From Narcine bancroftii (lineage: Eukaryota), in the NCBI RefSeq assembly GCF_036971445.1, contig NC_091475.1, positions 49,042,001 to 49,106,000 of the forward strand: 64,000 bases of DNA, written 5' to 3'. The position numbers were made by a program, and so were the translations under genes. Each line of letters starts with the position of its first letter. Position 1 is the stretch's first letter. The notes under the pieces are model-generated. The model made no database searches, was not told the DNA's origin, and saw only the letters and a program-made list of their open reading frames with translations. Below, piece by piece: positions 25,360-38,659 of the stretch.

Positions 25360-27056
25360 TATAACCATATAACCACTATATAACCACTTAAAGCACAGAA
25401 CAGGCCAGTTCGGCCCTACTCCTAGTCCCACTGACCAGCACCCGGTCCATACCCCTCTAGTCCCCTCCTATCCATGTAACGATCCAGTCTTTCCTTAAAT
25501 GTAACCAATGATCCCACCTCGACCACGTCTGCCGGAAATTCATTCCACATCCCCACCACCCTCTGCGTAAAGAAATTTCCCCTCATGTTCCCCTTATAAT
25601 TTTCCCCCTTCAATCTTAAACCATGTCCTCTAGTTTGAATCTCCCCCTTTCTTAATTGAAAAAGCCTATCCACATTTACTCTGTCTGTCCCTTTTAAAAT
25701 CTTAAACACCTCTATCAAGTCCCCTCTCAATCTTCTACGCTCCAGAGAAAAAAGCCCCAGTCTGCACAACCTTTCCCTGCAACTCAGACCCTGAAATCCT
25801 GTCAACATTCTCGTGAACCTTCTCTGCACTCTCTCTATTTTGTTTATATCTTTCCTATAATTTGGTGACCAAAACTGTACACAGTACTCCAAATTTGGCC
25901 TCACCAATGCCTTGTACAATTTCATCATAACCTCCCTACTCTTGAATTCAATACTCCGAATTATGAAGGCCAACATTCCAAATGCCTTCTTCACCACACC
26001 ATCTACCTGAGTATCAGCCTTGAGGGTACTATTTACCATAACTCCTAAATCCCTTTGTTGCTCTGCACTCCTCAATTGTCTACCATTCAATGTATATGAC
26101 CTATTTAAATTTGCCTTTCCAAAATGCAGCACCTCACATTTATCTGTATTAAATTCCATCAGCCATTTCTCAGCCCACACCTCCAGCCTTCCTAAATCAC
26201 CTTTTAATCTACGGTAACCTACCTCACTGTCCACAACACCACCAATCTTTGTGTCATCCACAAACTTGCTTATCCAATTCTCTACCCCTACATCCAGATC
26301 GTTAATATATATAACAAATAATAGTGGACCCAGGACCGAACCCTGAGGAACTCCACTAGTCACCGGCCTCCAATTTGACAAACAATTGTCTACCACTACT
26401 CTGACACCTTCCATCCAACCACTGCTGAATCCATTTCACTACCTCCTTATTTATACCTAATGCCTCCACCTTTTTTCCTAACCTCCTGTGGGGAACTTTG
26501 TCAAAAGCTTTACTAAAGTCCAAATAGACAACATCCACAGCTTTCCCTTCATCAACCTTTTTTGTAACCCCCTCAAAGAACTCAATCAGGTTTGTCAAGC
26601 ATGATCTACCCCTGACAAAACCATGCTGATTACTCCCTATCAATCCTTGTACGTCCAAAAATTTCTAAATAGCATCCCTCAGAACACTTTCCATCAACTT
26701 GCCCACCACAGACATCAGACTTACAGGCCTATAATTTCCAGGTTTGCATTTGGACCCTTTCTTAAATAGAGGAACCACATGCGCCACTCTCCAATCCTTT
26801 GGTACCACCCCCGTGGCCAGTGACATCCTAAATATCTCTGTTAATGGTCCCACTAACTGTCCACTAGCCTCCCTGAGTGTCCTAGGGAATATTTTGTCCG
26901 GTCCGGGAGATTTATCCACCTTTATCTTTTTTAACACAGCCATCACTACCTCCTCGGTTATCCTTATATGCTTCATGACCTCCCCACTATTTTTCTTTAC
27001 TTCAACTGGTTCAACATTTTTTTCCCTAGTGAATACTGAGGCAAAGAAATCATTCA
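25360..27056 (-). mobile_element. Young 5'-truncated CR1 LINE in a UPK1B intron
   Basis: Nearly continuous ORF2 in three pieces (26665-27066, 26356-26658, 25422-26414) with NYRPVSL, YLDFSKAFDKVPH and VPQGSVLGP. Short tandem tail (ataaccat-like) at 25360-25390. Confidence 0.95.
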
Positions 27057-27059
27057 AAA

Positions 27060-30000
27060 AAGGCAAGAAAAATTACAATACTACTACAAAAATGCAAATT
27101 CAATGTCCATGTTGAACCAAAGGGAGAAAAGATAAAGAACTAAATAAGAGGAAGCCTCCCACCCCCACAAAACAAGGAAGAAAGGATAGAAGATTAACCC
27201 CGTTCCCATCAAGGGACAAATAATCTGACCTATCCAGGGTCCTTGGTGTTGCAAGCAATGGGAATGGTTGGGGAGGGTGGGGGGGGGAAGAGAGAAGAGA
27301 CAGGAGGCGGAAATCATTAAAGATTTACCCCAATGCACCTTAGGTATGAATTCCATTTTCTTGACAATACATTATATCTGTTTCTGAGGTTATAGGTGAT
27401 CTTCTCCAGGGGAAAACAATTATGCATTTCTATCTTCCAGTGGGCTAAATCTGGTTGGGGATCAAATTTCCAAGTAACTGCTCTGCATTTCCTGGCCACT
27501 GCTAAAGCGAGCTTAACGAGTTATGTCTAAATTTCCCAATAATTCAGGTACCTGAGGGTATCGAATTGCAGTGATATTTTTTTCCAGGAGAATACCCAAA
27601 TCTTCTGAGAAAGGCCTCACTTTAGGGCATGACCAGCTTCAATTAAAGAAAGAACCTATTTCTTGACCACATCAAAAACATTGGTCTGATATTTCAGATT
27701 TCAATTTATTTAATTTTTGTGGAGTAAGGTATAGCTGATGCAAGAACTTGTATTGCACCTGCCAATACCTTACATTAATTGTGTTAACCATGCTGTCCTG
27801 ACACAAGTTGGACCAGCAAAATGGATCAATTTCTATACCCAAATCTGATTCCCACCTTTGTCTTGATTCATCACACCCTTGTTTAGGGGATTCCCGCCTG
27901 AAGTAAGGAATTCATTTATTAAATAATTTTTTTGTGCTTCCCTTTCAAACCAGAGTCTCTATTTCGCTACACTGTGGTTAGTGCTGGACCCAAATTTGTC
28001 CCTTAAATAAGATCTTAACTGAAAAAAATATGTATTTAAAACTCCTTATTTATTCCTAATTTGCTCAAATGTCATAAATTGTCCTTGCTCATAACAATCT
28101 CTAGGTCCAAGTGTCCAGGATTTTATTATCCATCCTTAATGGTATTAACATTTTGAGTTAGGAGTGTTTTAGGTGAAAGACCCCTCTTGTCCCCAATTTG
28201 AGCATCAATTTTATTCCATATTATAATTATAATGCCTTAATAGGGAGGTTTCATTAGAGCCAGATAATAATTTAGAATTCCATTTATATATGCATAAATG
28301 GATTCCATTTCTGATATACTCTCACCAACCTTATGCAACTCCAATTTTATACATGAAGACTTGTCTCCTCCGTCAAAGAGGGAGGTGACAAACTTCAATT
28401 GGATGGCCCAAAAATATTTTTTGAAATCCAGGAGCATTAATCCTCCCAATTCATAATTCCAAGTTAATTCATCAAGAGACTCTGGAAGGCTTACCTTTCC
28501 ACAGAAATTTCCTGATGCATTTATTAGGGTTTTGAATCTGAGGTATAGAAACAGGCAGCACATTCATTTTAATACAGATGACCCTTCCAAACAAAGTTAT
28601 TGGGAGGGTTGCCCATTTATTACGATCATCCTCAATTTTCAGAAGGGAAGATAATTCAACTTGTAAATTCTGCAGGTTGTTATCTTCCTTGATACTTAAA
28701 TACTTAATCCCATTGAGCAACCAATTAAATTGAGAATTTCACTTAATTTATTCATAATTCACACCTGTAAATGACAGGTAAATGCCCCAATTGACTTTAT
28801 AACCTGATATAATTCCAAAATCTTCCAATTTAGAGTGAAATTTTTGTAATGACTTAACTGGTTTTGTCAGATATATCAGAATATCAGCATATAAATCTTC
28901 CTGATTTTATATTCTTCCTGATTGATCCTGTCTGGGTCTAGACAGATGGATTCCACCAGTTCAATAGCCAGGAGGAAAAGAGCTAGAGATAATGGACAAC
29001 CTTGTCTACTAGATCTGGACAGTGGGAATGTTAATGAAATTTGACTACTAGTTATTTCTTTAGCTTTAGGCTCAGAATATAGAGCTTTAACCCAATTAAT
29101 AAGTATTTTTCCAGCACTTTAAATAAGAAGTACCACTTCAGTCTGTCAAAGGCTTTCTCAGCATCTAGAGCCATGGCGACACTCAAGTTATCTCTTGTTT
29201 GTACCAGATATACACTACTGAGTCATCTACATACATTGTCTGCCGATTGCCACCCCTGCAAAGTCATTTGATGAGCGTTTATTAATTTACACAAATAAGA
29301 AGTCGATCTATTTGCCAAGGCTTTGACAATAATCTTATAGCCTGCATTCAAAAGTGATATGGGCCTATAAAATGACAGTTTTAATGGATCCCTATCCTTT
29401 TGTGGGAATCACTTTAATATCTGCTATCGAAAAGAACTCCAGGAGAGTATGGGCCAATACTACCTGATCTCTTTCTTTGGCTTGGCTTCGCGGACGAAGA
29501 TTAATGGAGGGGTAATGTCCACGTCAGCTGCAGGCTCGTTTGTGGCTGACAAGTCCGATGCGAGACAGGCAGACATGGTTGCAGCAGTTGCAAGAGAAAA
29601 TTGGTTGGTTGGGGTTGGGTGTTGGGTTTTTCCTCCTTTGTCTTTTGTCAGTGAGGTGGGCTCTGCGGTCTTCTTCAAAGGTTGCTGCCCGCCGAACTGT
29701 GAGGCGCCAAGATGCACGGTTTGAGGCGATATCAGCCCACTGGCGGTGGTCAATGTGGCAAGCACCAAGAGATTTCTTTAGGCAGTCCTTGTACCTCTTC
29801 TTTGGTGCACCTCTGTCTCGGTGGCCAGTGGAGAGCTCGCCATATAACACGATCTTGGGAAGACGATGGTCGTCCATTCTGGAGACGTGACCTACCCAGC
29901 GCAGTTGGATCTTCAGCAGCGTGGATTCAATGCTGTCAGCCTCTGCCATCTCGAGTACTTTGATGTTGGTGATGAAGTCGCTCCAATGAATGTTGAGGAT

Positions 30001-30790
30001 GGAGCGGAGACGACGCATAAACAGAGGGGTTATTACATCTTTAAATTCTTTATAAAATTCTGTTGGAAATCCATCCTCTCCCAGGGATTTATTAATTTGA
30101 AACAAGGCCAATGCTTCCCTATCTCAATTTGATTAAAGGGAGCAATTAACCCCTCCATTTCTTCTAAATTCTAATTTGGGAGATCCAATTGTGACAGGAA
30201 ACTCAATTTTATTCAAATCCCCCCACTGAATGAGATTTATATAAATTAGCAAAATTGCATGAAAGCTTCATTTATACCCTATAGTTTGAAAGAGATCCTG
30301 TCAAGAGTCTCGCTTAATCGCATTTATCATTCTGGATGCTTGTTCTGTTTTCAACTGCCAGGAGAGGACCTTATGGGTTCTTTCCCCTAGATCATTGCAT
30401 TTCTGTTTAGATCTTATTTTTCCCATTTTATATGTATATATTTTTTAAACAGCAATGTATTAAGGTACCATCTATAGGCTGTCTCCTTCTTAACTGGCAT
30501 AAGAATAGACAATATGAGAGGTAAGTAATCTGATAAAAGCCTCGCCTTGTATTCAGTTTCCATGATCCTACCCTGTAAATGGGCCGAAACCAAAAATAAA
30601 TCTATCCTCAAGTATGGCAGAAAATGTGGAAGTTGGATAATATTGATAGATGGCATGTGGAAATACAAAATTGTAGACTATTAGAAAAAAAATTACCTTA
30701 TAATTTAAGGAACCAACCAGAAACATTTTTTTATAGGATTTTGTTGATAAAAGTCCATCCATAATCGCCCATTACACTCACTCTTCCCAA
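27060..30790 (-). mobile_element. Decayed L1-clade ORF2 in a UPK1B intron (carries RTE copy 2)
   Basis: RIDLFLVSAHLQGR (30414-30668), GEDGFPTEFYKEFKD (about 30040-30090), LPITLFGRVICIKMNVLP (28472-28720), PLEKITYNLRN (27317-27499). Confidence 0.85.
29468..30016 (-). mobile_element. RTE LINE 3' fragment, copy 2
   Basis: Near-identical to the reverse complement of about 6752-7304. Confidence 0.93.
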
Positions 30791-31536
30791 TTAATATGTT
30801 CAAGATAGAATTAATATGTTAGAAAATATAAATATTGATGCAAAATTATTCAGGTGTGTTTCTTTATCTCTTTCTTTTGGGAGAGGGGAGGGATAAAAAT
30901 TAAACTATGTATCATTTTGCATCGTTTTTATTATAATGTATTGTTCAAGGTGAATACATGCATTTAGATGCAAATGGAAAAATTTTCCAAAAAAGTAGTC
31001 CCTTTCTCTAGTCCTCCAGATATCCATCAAATTCAGCTCCTCCATTAACCCCAGGAAGCTTTAGGTGCCTTTGTCCTAGATCATTTCCTTTCCAATCTAT
31101 CCAGAACAGGATCCAAAGCAGGCAAATACAATTGCACAAGATCAGTTCCCCACTTAGAAAGTAAATCATGAAAATCTGTAGACGCAGTGGTTGAAGCAAA
31201 AACACAAACAAACTGGAGAAACTCAGCTGGTCAAACAGTGTCCTTTATGTAGCAAAGGTGAAAATACATAACTGATGTTTCAGGCTGAGCCCCTCATCAA
31301 GGTACGAGAGAATGTCGGCCCTGCCGTCTCTGCTCACCTTGCTAATGTGCAAGAGTAAATCTTAAACTCCATATACATCACCACAACACCTTGTTAACCA
31401 TGCAGAATATTCAATTTGATAATACAACTGTATCAAATAAAAACATATTGTTTTAAGCTGCACTTTAGACAGTACCATTCAAGTCAAATTCTTATTCAAG
31501 GAGAACTTGTGAATTTCTGTAATAACAATTACTTAC

Positions 31537-31611
31537 AAAGTCTCTGTGTGTTGCAGCTGTGATACAGGAGGCTACTTCAAAGATGTAGACAATTATCATC
31601 AGTATGAGGTA
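31537..31611 (-). CDS. UPK1B: Uroplakin-1b coding exon 3 (YLILMIIVYIFEVASCITAATHRDF; TM3)
   Basis: Manual translation. Acceptor attgcAG, donor GTAAGT, 75 nt. FEVASCITAAT matches UPK1B. Confidence 0.96.
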
Positions 31612-32794
31612 CTGCAATAGAATAAATATCAATCAAGTGCAGTGGCTACAAAGCAACTAAATGTGTGCATGATACACAACTGTTTGAATGTTTCTTGATC
31701 AATAGCCCTGCTGCTGATTAGCTAGTAAAGTAATATAGTGACAATTAATTGTTAACTGTATATGTCAGTGCTGCCTATGATAAAATGGCTACCCTGCTGC
31801 TGGTGGTGTGGATCAACAGAGAGCAGGGCACAAAGTCTCAGCTCTCCCCAGTCCAACAGCTGTCAGCTCCATGCAGGCTTTAAACAGACCATTTTACTTT
31901 AAAAACCCTGATACTTCACAGTCTGGGCCCAAGATACCGTGCCTATATATGACAGCAGCCATAGGGAAAGTAGAGGACTGGTGCAGGGCCTCAGAAAATA
32001 AGGAGAACCTCCTCCTATTTGAGAAGCAGAGGAGATGAACCTATGGGATAGTGACCACAGCAACAGACCACTGATAGGCTCAGAGACTGAAGAACCCATG
32101 TGGGCAACTGCAGTCCAGGGATTCACACCAGGCTGCGGACAGCAGGAGACTGGGTGAAAGGTACCAGGTATCGGAACAGAGATACGAGAATGTGCCAAGA
32201 ATGCTGAAGGCTTCCTGATTGTGTTGAAGGTTTCGATCTGGAGTTGGAGTTGAAAAGGTTTGGACTGAAGATTGTATGGCTGCAGAGGCTGTGGGAGCAC
32301 TGGAGGTGAAACCATGGACATTCAAAGACTTGGGGGGGGGGCATGCAGGGAGAGAGGGGTCTCATTTGATTCTTTCTCCTCTGACTGTAAGGGGTTATGG
32401 AGAATTTTTGCTGATAACTAATCTTTGTCTGCCTTATGGTAGACTCAAGGAAATTTTGTGTAAAATCACATTTTATTACATGACAATAAACAAATCTTGA
32501 AAAAGATATTTTCATCAACTGAATGCTATTTACTACAACCATTTAATTGATCACATGGAAAAGTGCATCAGAGTTCATGTGTCTGCATTGACATTGTGCT
32601 CCTTCCACTATCTGAAGGATTTTACAAGTTGAACATTTTAACTGTTTTTTTAAATATGAAACAATAGAACTTCCAAAAGACCATGTCATTTAAGTTGCCA
32701 TCACAAACTCAAAAACAAATTTGGGTTAGTAGGTTCAAGGAAACCCATGCCAGGATGGGTGTCAGCAGAGAATTAGCACCAAAATGTGACATTT

Positions 32795-34358
32795 AGAAAA
32801 ACATAGAAGATAGGAGCAGGAGTAGGTCATTCGACCCTTCGAGCCTGCTCCGCCATTCAACGAGATCATGGCTGATCTTAAAGTTCAGTACCCCGTCCCC
32901 GCCTTCTCTCCGTAACCTTTAATACCCTTATACTGAAGAAATATATCTAATTCCCTCTTAAATAGATTTAATGAACCTGCCTCTACTGCCCTCTGTGGTA
33001 ATGAATTCCACAGATTCACCACCCTCTGGGTAAAGAAATTCCTCCTCATCTCGGTCCTAAATGGTTTGCCTATTATCCTCAAACCATGGCCCCGGGTTCT
33101 GGATTTTCCCATCATTGGAAACATCCCATCTGCATCCATTCTGTCCAGTCCTGCCAGAATTTTATAGGTCTCTATGAGATCCCCTCTCAATCTTCCAAAC
33201 TCCAGCGAGTACAATCCCAATTTGCGCAATCTTTCCTCACAAGTCATTCCTGCCATTCCAGGTATCAGCCTGGTGAATCGCCTCTGCATTTCCTCCATTG
33301 CAAGAACATCCTTCCTTAGATAAGGTGACCAAAACTGCACACAATACTCCAGGTGTGGTCTCACCAAGGCCCTGTACAGCTGCAGTAAGGTATCCTTGTT
33401 CCTATACTCAAACCTTCTTGATATGAAGGCCAACATACCATTTGCCTTTTTAACCGCCTGCTGTACCTGCATGCTCGCCTTCAGAGACTGGTGTACAAGT
33501 ACCCCTAGGTCTCTCTGCACTTCTCCATCTCTTAATCTATTGTCATTCAAATAGTAATCTGCCCTCTGGTTTGTATTACCAAAATGGATAACCTCACATT
33601 AATCCACATTGTAGTGCATTTGCCATGTATCTGCCCAGTCCCTCAATTTATCCAAATCACACTGGAGCTTCCTGACCCCCTCTTCCGTGCACACAACCCC
33701 TCCTAGCTTAGTGTCATCTGCAAATTTGGAGATATTACATCCAATCCCCTCATCCAGATCATTAATGTAAATTGTGAACAGCTGGGGTCCCAGTACAGAT
33801 CCCTGTGGCACCCCACTGGTCACCGCCTGCCACTCAGAAAACAAGCCATTTATCCCAACTCTCTGTCTTCTACCTGCCAGCCAGTTCTCAATCCACATCA
33901 ATACTTTTCCCCCAATCCCATGAGCCTTGATTTTGGAAGCCAGTCGTTTATGCGGGTCCTTATCGAAGGCCTTTTGGAAGTCCAGGTACACCACATCCAC
34001 TGGCTCTCCCCCATCTATTTTACCTGTCACCATCTCAAAGAATTCCAATAGATTTGTCAAGCACGATTTACCTTTTGTAAATCCATGTTGACTCCGTCCA
34101 ATCCCTTTTCTGCTAGTCATATGCTCCGCTATTACATCCTTAATAATGGATTCCATTATTTTTCCCACTACTGATGTAAGGCTCACCGGCCTATAATTCC
34201 CCGCTTTTTCTCTACCCCCCTTTTTAAGTAGTGGGGTAACATTAGCTACCCTCCAATCCATGGGTACTAATCCTGAGTCTATTGAGTTCTGGAAAATAAT
34301 TCTTAAAGCATCTGCTATCAGAATGGCCACTTCCTTAAGTACCCTAGGATGTAGACTC
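32795..34358 (-). mobile_element. Young 5'-truncated CR1 LINE about 60 nt downstream of the coding exon 2 donor
   Basis: ORFs 33599..34360 and 32885..33550 with NYRPVSLTS, YLDFQKAFD, KFADDTKLGG and PHLEYCVQFWSP, plus a CR1 3'UTR. Confidence 0.95.
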
Positions 34359-34418
34359 ATTTCTTAGGGAAATGTAAAAATCATTATGAAAAGCAAAACA
34401 ACTAGAGTTCCTACTTAC

Positions 34419-34619
34419 TGTCAAAATAACATTCTTGGCTGATTTCATGATTCCAAATATACCAACAATGCTCAGCAAAAACAGGCAAAAGCCAACAAAG
34501 AGCCCAATCCATGCGGCAGCAAATATATCATCATTATTCGCAGCTGAAAGTAGTGGGTAGAGGCCGTGCTGATCAGAAACATGGAAGATGCATTCAGCCG
34601 TCAATGCAATGCCACATAA
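34419..34619 (-). CDS. UPK1B: Uroplakin-1b coding exon 2 (LCGIALTAECIFHVSDQHGLYPLL...GIMKSAKNVILT; end of TM1, EC1, TM2)
   Basis: Within ORF 34344..34625. Acceptor tttgcAG, donor GTAAGT, 201 nt, phase 0. The motif CGIALTAECIF-VSDQH-LYPLL is characteristic of UPK1B. Confidence 0.97.
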
Positions 34620-35289
34620 CTGCAAACAGAAGTAATAGATTAATCAGGAGCTGCATCTTTCCAAACAAGAGACATGTTTGAATTGGTTCTGGAGAACAAC
34701 TGAGAAAATTGCTGTTAATACAATACTAGGAAACTCCTTGAAAGCCTTTAAAATTCTTCTTCATATTCTCCTAGATGGGTGGTAGCTTGCAATTCCCATG
34801 CAACTGCAAATAGCCCTCTTTTCCCCACTGCCCCCAAACAATCCCATGAGAAACAAGATGCAGAAGAAAATTTATCAAACCAACCAATGTATTGGTGCAA
34901 TTTAGATTACTTGGGCAGGCTCCAAAATGATAGTTGGACCTTGCCACTAGAAAGGGCAGATGATGCTTCTTGCCCACCTTTATAGTTCATCTAAAGCCTG
35001 GAAAATTTCCACAATCCTAGTGGAAAGGGCTCAAAATAACATCCGAGGTATACTCTTTAAAATACTGGGGAGAGTGGGCAAGAAAATCATCAAGCAAAAA
35101 AAAATCTTTTATATTTAAGCATTGGTATTGTTTTTGGCCACAAGGTTTTTTCCCACCCAGTTATATTATATTGTATAATATAGTATTATATTTGAAGTAA
35201 TAAGAATCCATCCACATCCAATTATCATTGGAAGAAATAGTTTAATCTTGTATCGTAAAATAGAATTAGAATTTATTTAGGAATAGAAT

Positions 35290-36950
35290 AGTTAATTTAA
35301 AAAATATTTAAATTAAAACCCTTTTCTTAAGAAAATTAATGAAGATTTAAGAAAGTGGATGGAATTACCTACAACTTTATTGTGAAGAGTTCATTACATA
35401 AAAATGAATATTTTTCCAAGGATACAATACCTTTTCCAAACATTACCAATATCTATTCCACAGAAATGTTTTCAAGCACTAAATAAATATGTAAGCAAGT
35501 TTCTTTGGGAGGGTAAAATGTCAAGAGTCTCACTAGAAATATTGACTTGGAAATTTGAATAAGGAGGTTTACAACATCCAAGTTTTAAAATTACGAAGCA
35601 GCACAATTGAGATTTTTTTTTGAGGAGAAAAATAAGCACGTGGATTAAGATAGAGATGGATAAAATAGACGAGACAATACCTGAGGATTTCGTATACATT
35701 TGGGATAATAGATTAACAATCTGAAACACTCCATTGCAGAAACACTTGAAGAATATATGGAATAAGGTAAATTTTGAAATGGGAATTAAGAACTATCAGA
35801 TACCTAAAATGCTATTGACTCAAAATAAAAAAATAAACATTCCTTTTACAATGAATAATAGACTTTTTAATAATTGGTCTAGTAAAGGAATTACAAGAAT
35901 AAAGGACTGTTTTAAAGGGAGGAAATTTATGACATTTGATCAATTAAAACAAATATAGGATACAAAATAATACAATATTTTGTTATCATTAAATAATGGC
36001 ATATTTACATGATAAATTAGGTTCAATAATTTTATTACCTGAAAGAAGCAAGATAGAAAGTTTCATTTCTAATAACTTTATTTAAAAAGTGATTTCAGCA
36101 ACATACAAAAGGGAACACAAAGACAAGGAATTCACAGATCTAGACAAAGATGGGAAACTGATTTGAACATTAGTATTGGGAGGATCATTGGTTGGAATTG
36201 TGCCATGACAGTACGATAAATACAATTTTAGATATTGACTGATCCAATATAACTTTTACATTTTAACCCCACAAAAATTTTCAACATGTTTATCATATTT
36301 ATTAGATACATGTTTCAGGTGTAATCAAGTGAGATTTTTTTCCCTTCCACTTGGTCATGTTCAAAATTGGGAACTTGTTGGACAGAATTATCAATATTTT
36401 TAGAATGGGTTAAGAAAGTCAAATTTCCTCAAGATCCAATGATTTTCTTGCTATGTAAGATTTCTGGGATTAGGCCAAAACTAAAACTTAATTTGTTTCA
36501 AAAGCAATTTGTGAAAATTGCATTGGCAGTTGCAAGGAAAGCTACAACAGTGTTATAGAGATTAGATTCAAATTTGGGAATAGATAGATGGCATGTTGAA
36601 ATGTGTAGTTGTATACCTCTTTAAAAAATTACAATTTAAGAAATATGATAATTTCTTAAAAATTTGTTGCCCTTATTTACATATTGTAGGTATTACATTC
36701 ACAAAACCTTAAACCTTATCAACTCCTTGGTGAATACATGTTTAATATGAATTTACTGTGATTTTTGTAACTAGATATCTTTCTTCTTACTTTATCTTTT
36801 GTATCTTTTTCTTTCTATAATTCTTTATGCTATTGGGCTTATTTTGGGGAGGGATTGGTGACAAAATACTGTATTATTGTTTATAATAATGAAGGTTATT
36901 TCTATATGTGGATGCTAACACACAAAAAATGTAAATAAAATTTTCAAAAA
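35290..36950 (+). mobile_element. 5'-truncated decayed L1 (ORF2 C-terminal third and 3'UTR), antisense in a UPK1B intron
   Basis: IKMNIFPRIQYLFQTLP at about 35397-35450, ALAVARK (36367-36558), and aataaa plus A-rich end at about 36935-36950. Confidence 0.8.
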
Positions 36951-38152
36951 ACATTTCTTTCCCCTCCCCCCCACCCAAGATCCCCAATCCTCTCTGTAAA
37001 ATAAAGTTTCAAGCTGATGAACAGCACCAATCCCATTTAAAAGGGAACACTGCTGCGAAAAAAAACCTTAAAAATCAAAGTTGAACGATTACTGCTCAGA
37101 TGGTGTTATTTTCTCATCAAGTTCACAACCACTATGATTAGGCAATTTCTTTAAGATGACCATCTACAAGATATTGCTGGAACACTTGCTGGAAACAAGA
37201 TTCAGGATTCAAAGAAAATTTTAATGTAGACAAAAATCCTCCTTTGGAATATCAATGCTGTTTCCAAGGCAGCAAATATTGACAGGAAGAAGTGGACTAG
37301 AAAGAGCAGATTTTTTTTGGAGAGAGGATTGTGGGTCCAGGGAAAAATACCAGTACTTACAATTCATCTGAAGTATTAAGCATTTTTTAATTGTTCCCTT
37401 AACCTGCAAAGATTGTTATGATTTATGATGCATACATCCAAGGACAAGGTTCTTCTGGCAGACAACTATTTTCATTGAGAACCAGTAGACAAATGGGCAG
37501 ATCATCTTCTGCTCCAGAACACTCCTTCTGAATTCAGTGGGATAACAAGAATTTTCAGTTTTCCTGCTCTAATGCCAAAGATCTGCTTGCCAAAATATGC
37601 CAGGTTGGGCCTGGGGCAAGCAGTCACATCAAAATCAAGGAGACACCAGAAATAGGAAGTCAGCCATTTTGACCTTTATCCACCTTCCCGCACCAACTCC
37701 ATGAGCCTTAACATTTAGAAACCTATTGATGGCATGGATGTTCTTAGCACGGAGTAGAACTGAACAACAAATAAATCGGTTTGGTTCAAATGGAATAACT
37801 GAACCCATTTAGCCAAGTACGAGTTGATTACTTACATCTTTATACATATCAAACTTTAAGACAGCCAGAGTCTTGGCAGTTGGGAGCTTTTTTTGGTGGT
37901 TGTCAAAATAATTCTAGTGCATAACCAACCACCTGTCAAAAATAGGCAATAGAAGTTTGCATTCCATTCCAATCGGCTTTGTCTAGTTCACTTTTTGCTG
38001 TCAATATTTTCTCCCTTGGAAACAAAATAGGTGTGCCTCTGTCAAGCCTATCAATAGGAAAACTTGGTCCATCATTAAGTTTTGATTGATGTTGATGCCC
38101 AACCGATAGAGAATAATAACATGAACACAATGTGAACCTCAGTTATACTCAC

Positions 38153-38221
38153 CATGATGACGACATTTCCGAAAATGAGAAGACATTGAAAAGCCCTCAC
38201 TCCAGAACTACCGTTGGCCAT
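38153..38221 (-). CDS. UPK1B: Uroplakin-1b coding exon 1 (start codon; MANGSSGVRAFQCLLIFGNVVIM)
   Basis: Manual translation. ATG at 38221-38219 in acaaaATGG context, 69 nt, donor GTGAGT. Resembles the human UPK1B N-terminus MAKDNSTVRCFQGLLIFGNVIIG (recalled). Confidence 0.93.
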
Positions 38222-38659
38222 TTTGTAATCCTCCAAAACAAAAAAGAGAAACAAAAATTAATCTCCTATCTAGGACATCAAAGCCAAAAAATTATAGCAA
38301 GAACTACTGTAATGAATGCAACCAGCAGCAGTGATATTGCTTCTGTTTGGACAATGTAGATGGTTCACAGATCAATTAGTAAAGGCTCATTTTTACTAGT
38401 TCTTATAACTGTTTGCAGTAACTTTTTATTTTTTAAAAACCTGTTGGAAGGGAAAATTCATATCTAGATTAGCTATTTGTGTTCAGACATCTCGGATATT
38501 CAAAAAAGGTTTATACTTAATTTTGTAAATGGTTACAAATAATAGCCTATTTATTACATCATCAAACAAAACAGGGCCAAGGCAGTGACATTTGGTTCAA
38601 TCTTCCAAATTACAGCAAGACAACATATGGCACAATCAGAAATCAAGCATATCATAAAG

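Noticed and set aside
29524-30111. 195-aa ORF fusing the L1 ORF2 linker to the RTE C-terminus and zinc finger
   Set aside because: Chance in-frame junction made by the RTE insertion. It has a non-ATG start and the surrounding L1 is decayed; no evidence of a gene.
30620-30995. Plus-strand L1 C-terminal and 3'UTR pieces interleaved with the minus-strand L1, possibly a twin-priming inversion
   Set aside because: The inverted piece is a 3' end, not the upstream part expected from twin priming. It is more likely a separate decayed insertion and too degraded to resolve.
37140-37210. Minus-strand SCFQQVFQ read as a possible UPK1B N-terminus
   Set aside because: It runs into a stop and has no donor. 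The true exon is 38153-38221.
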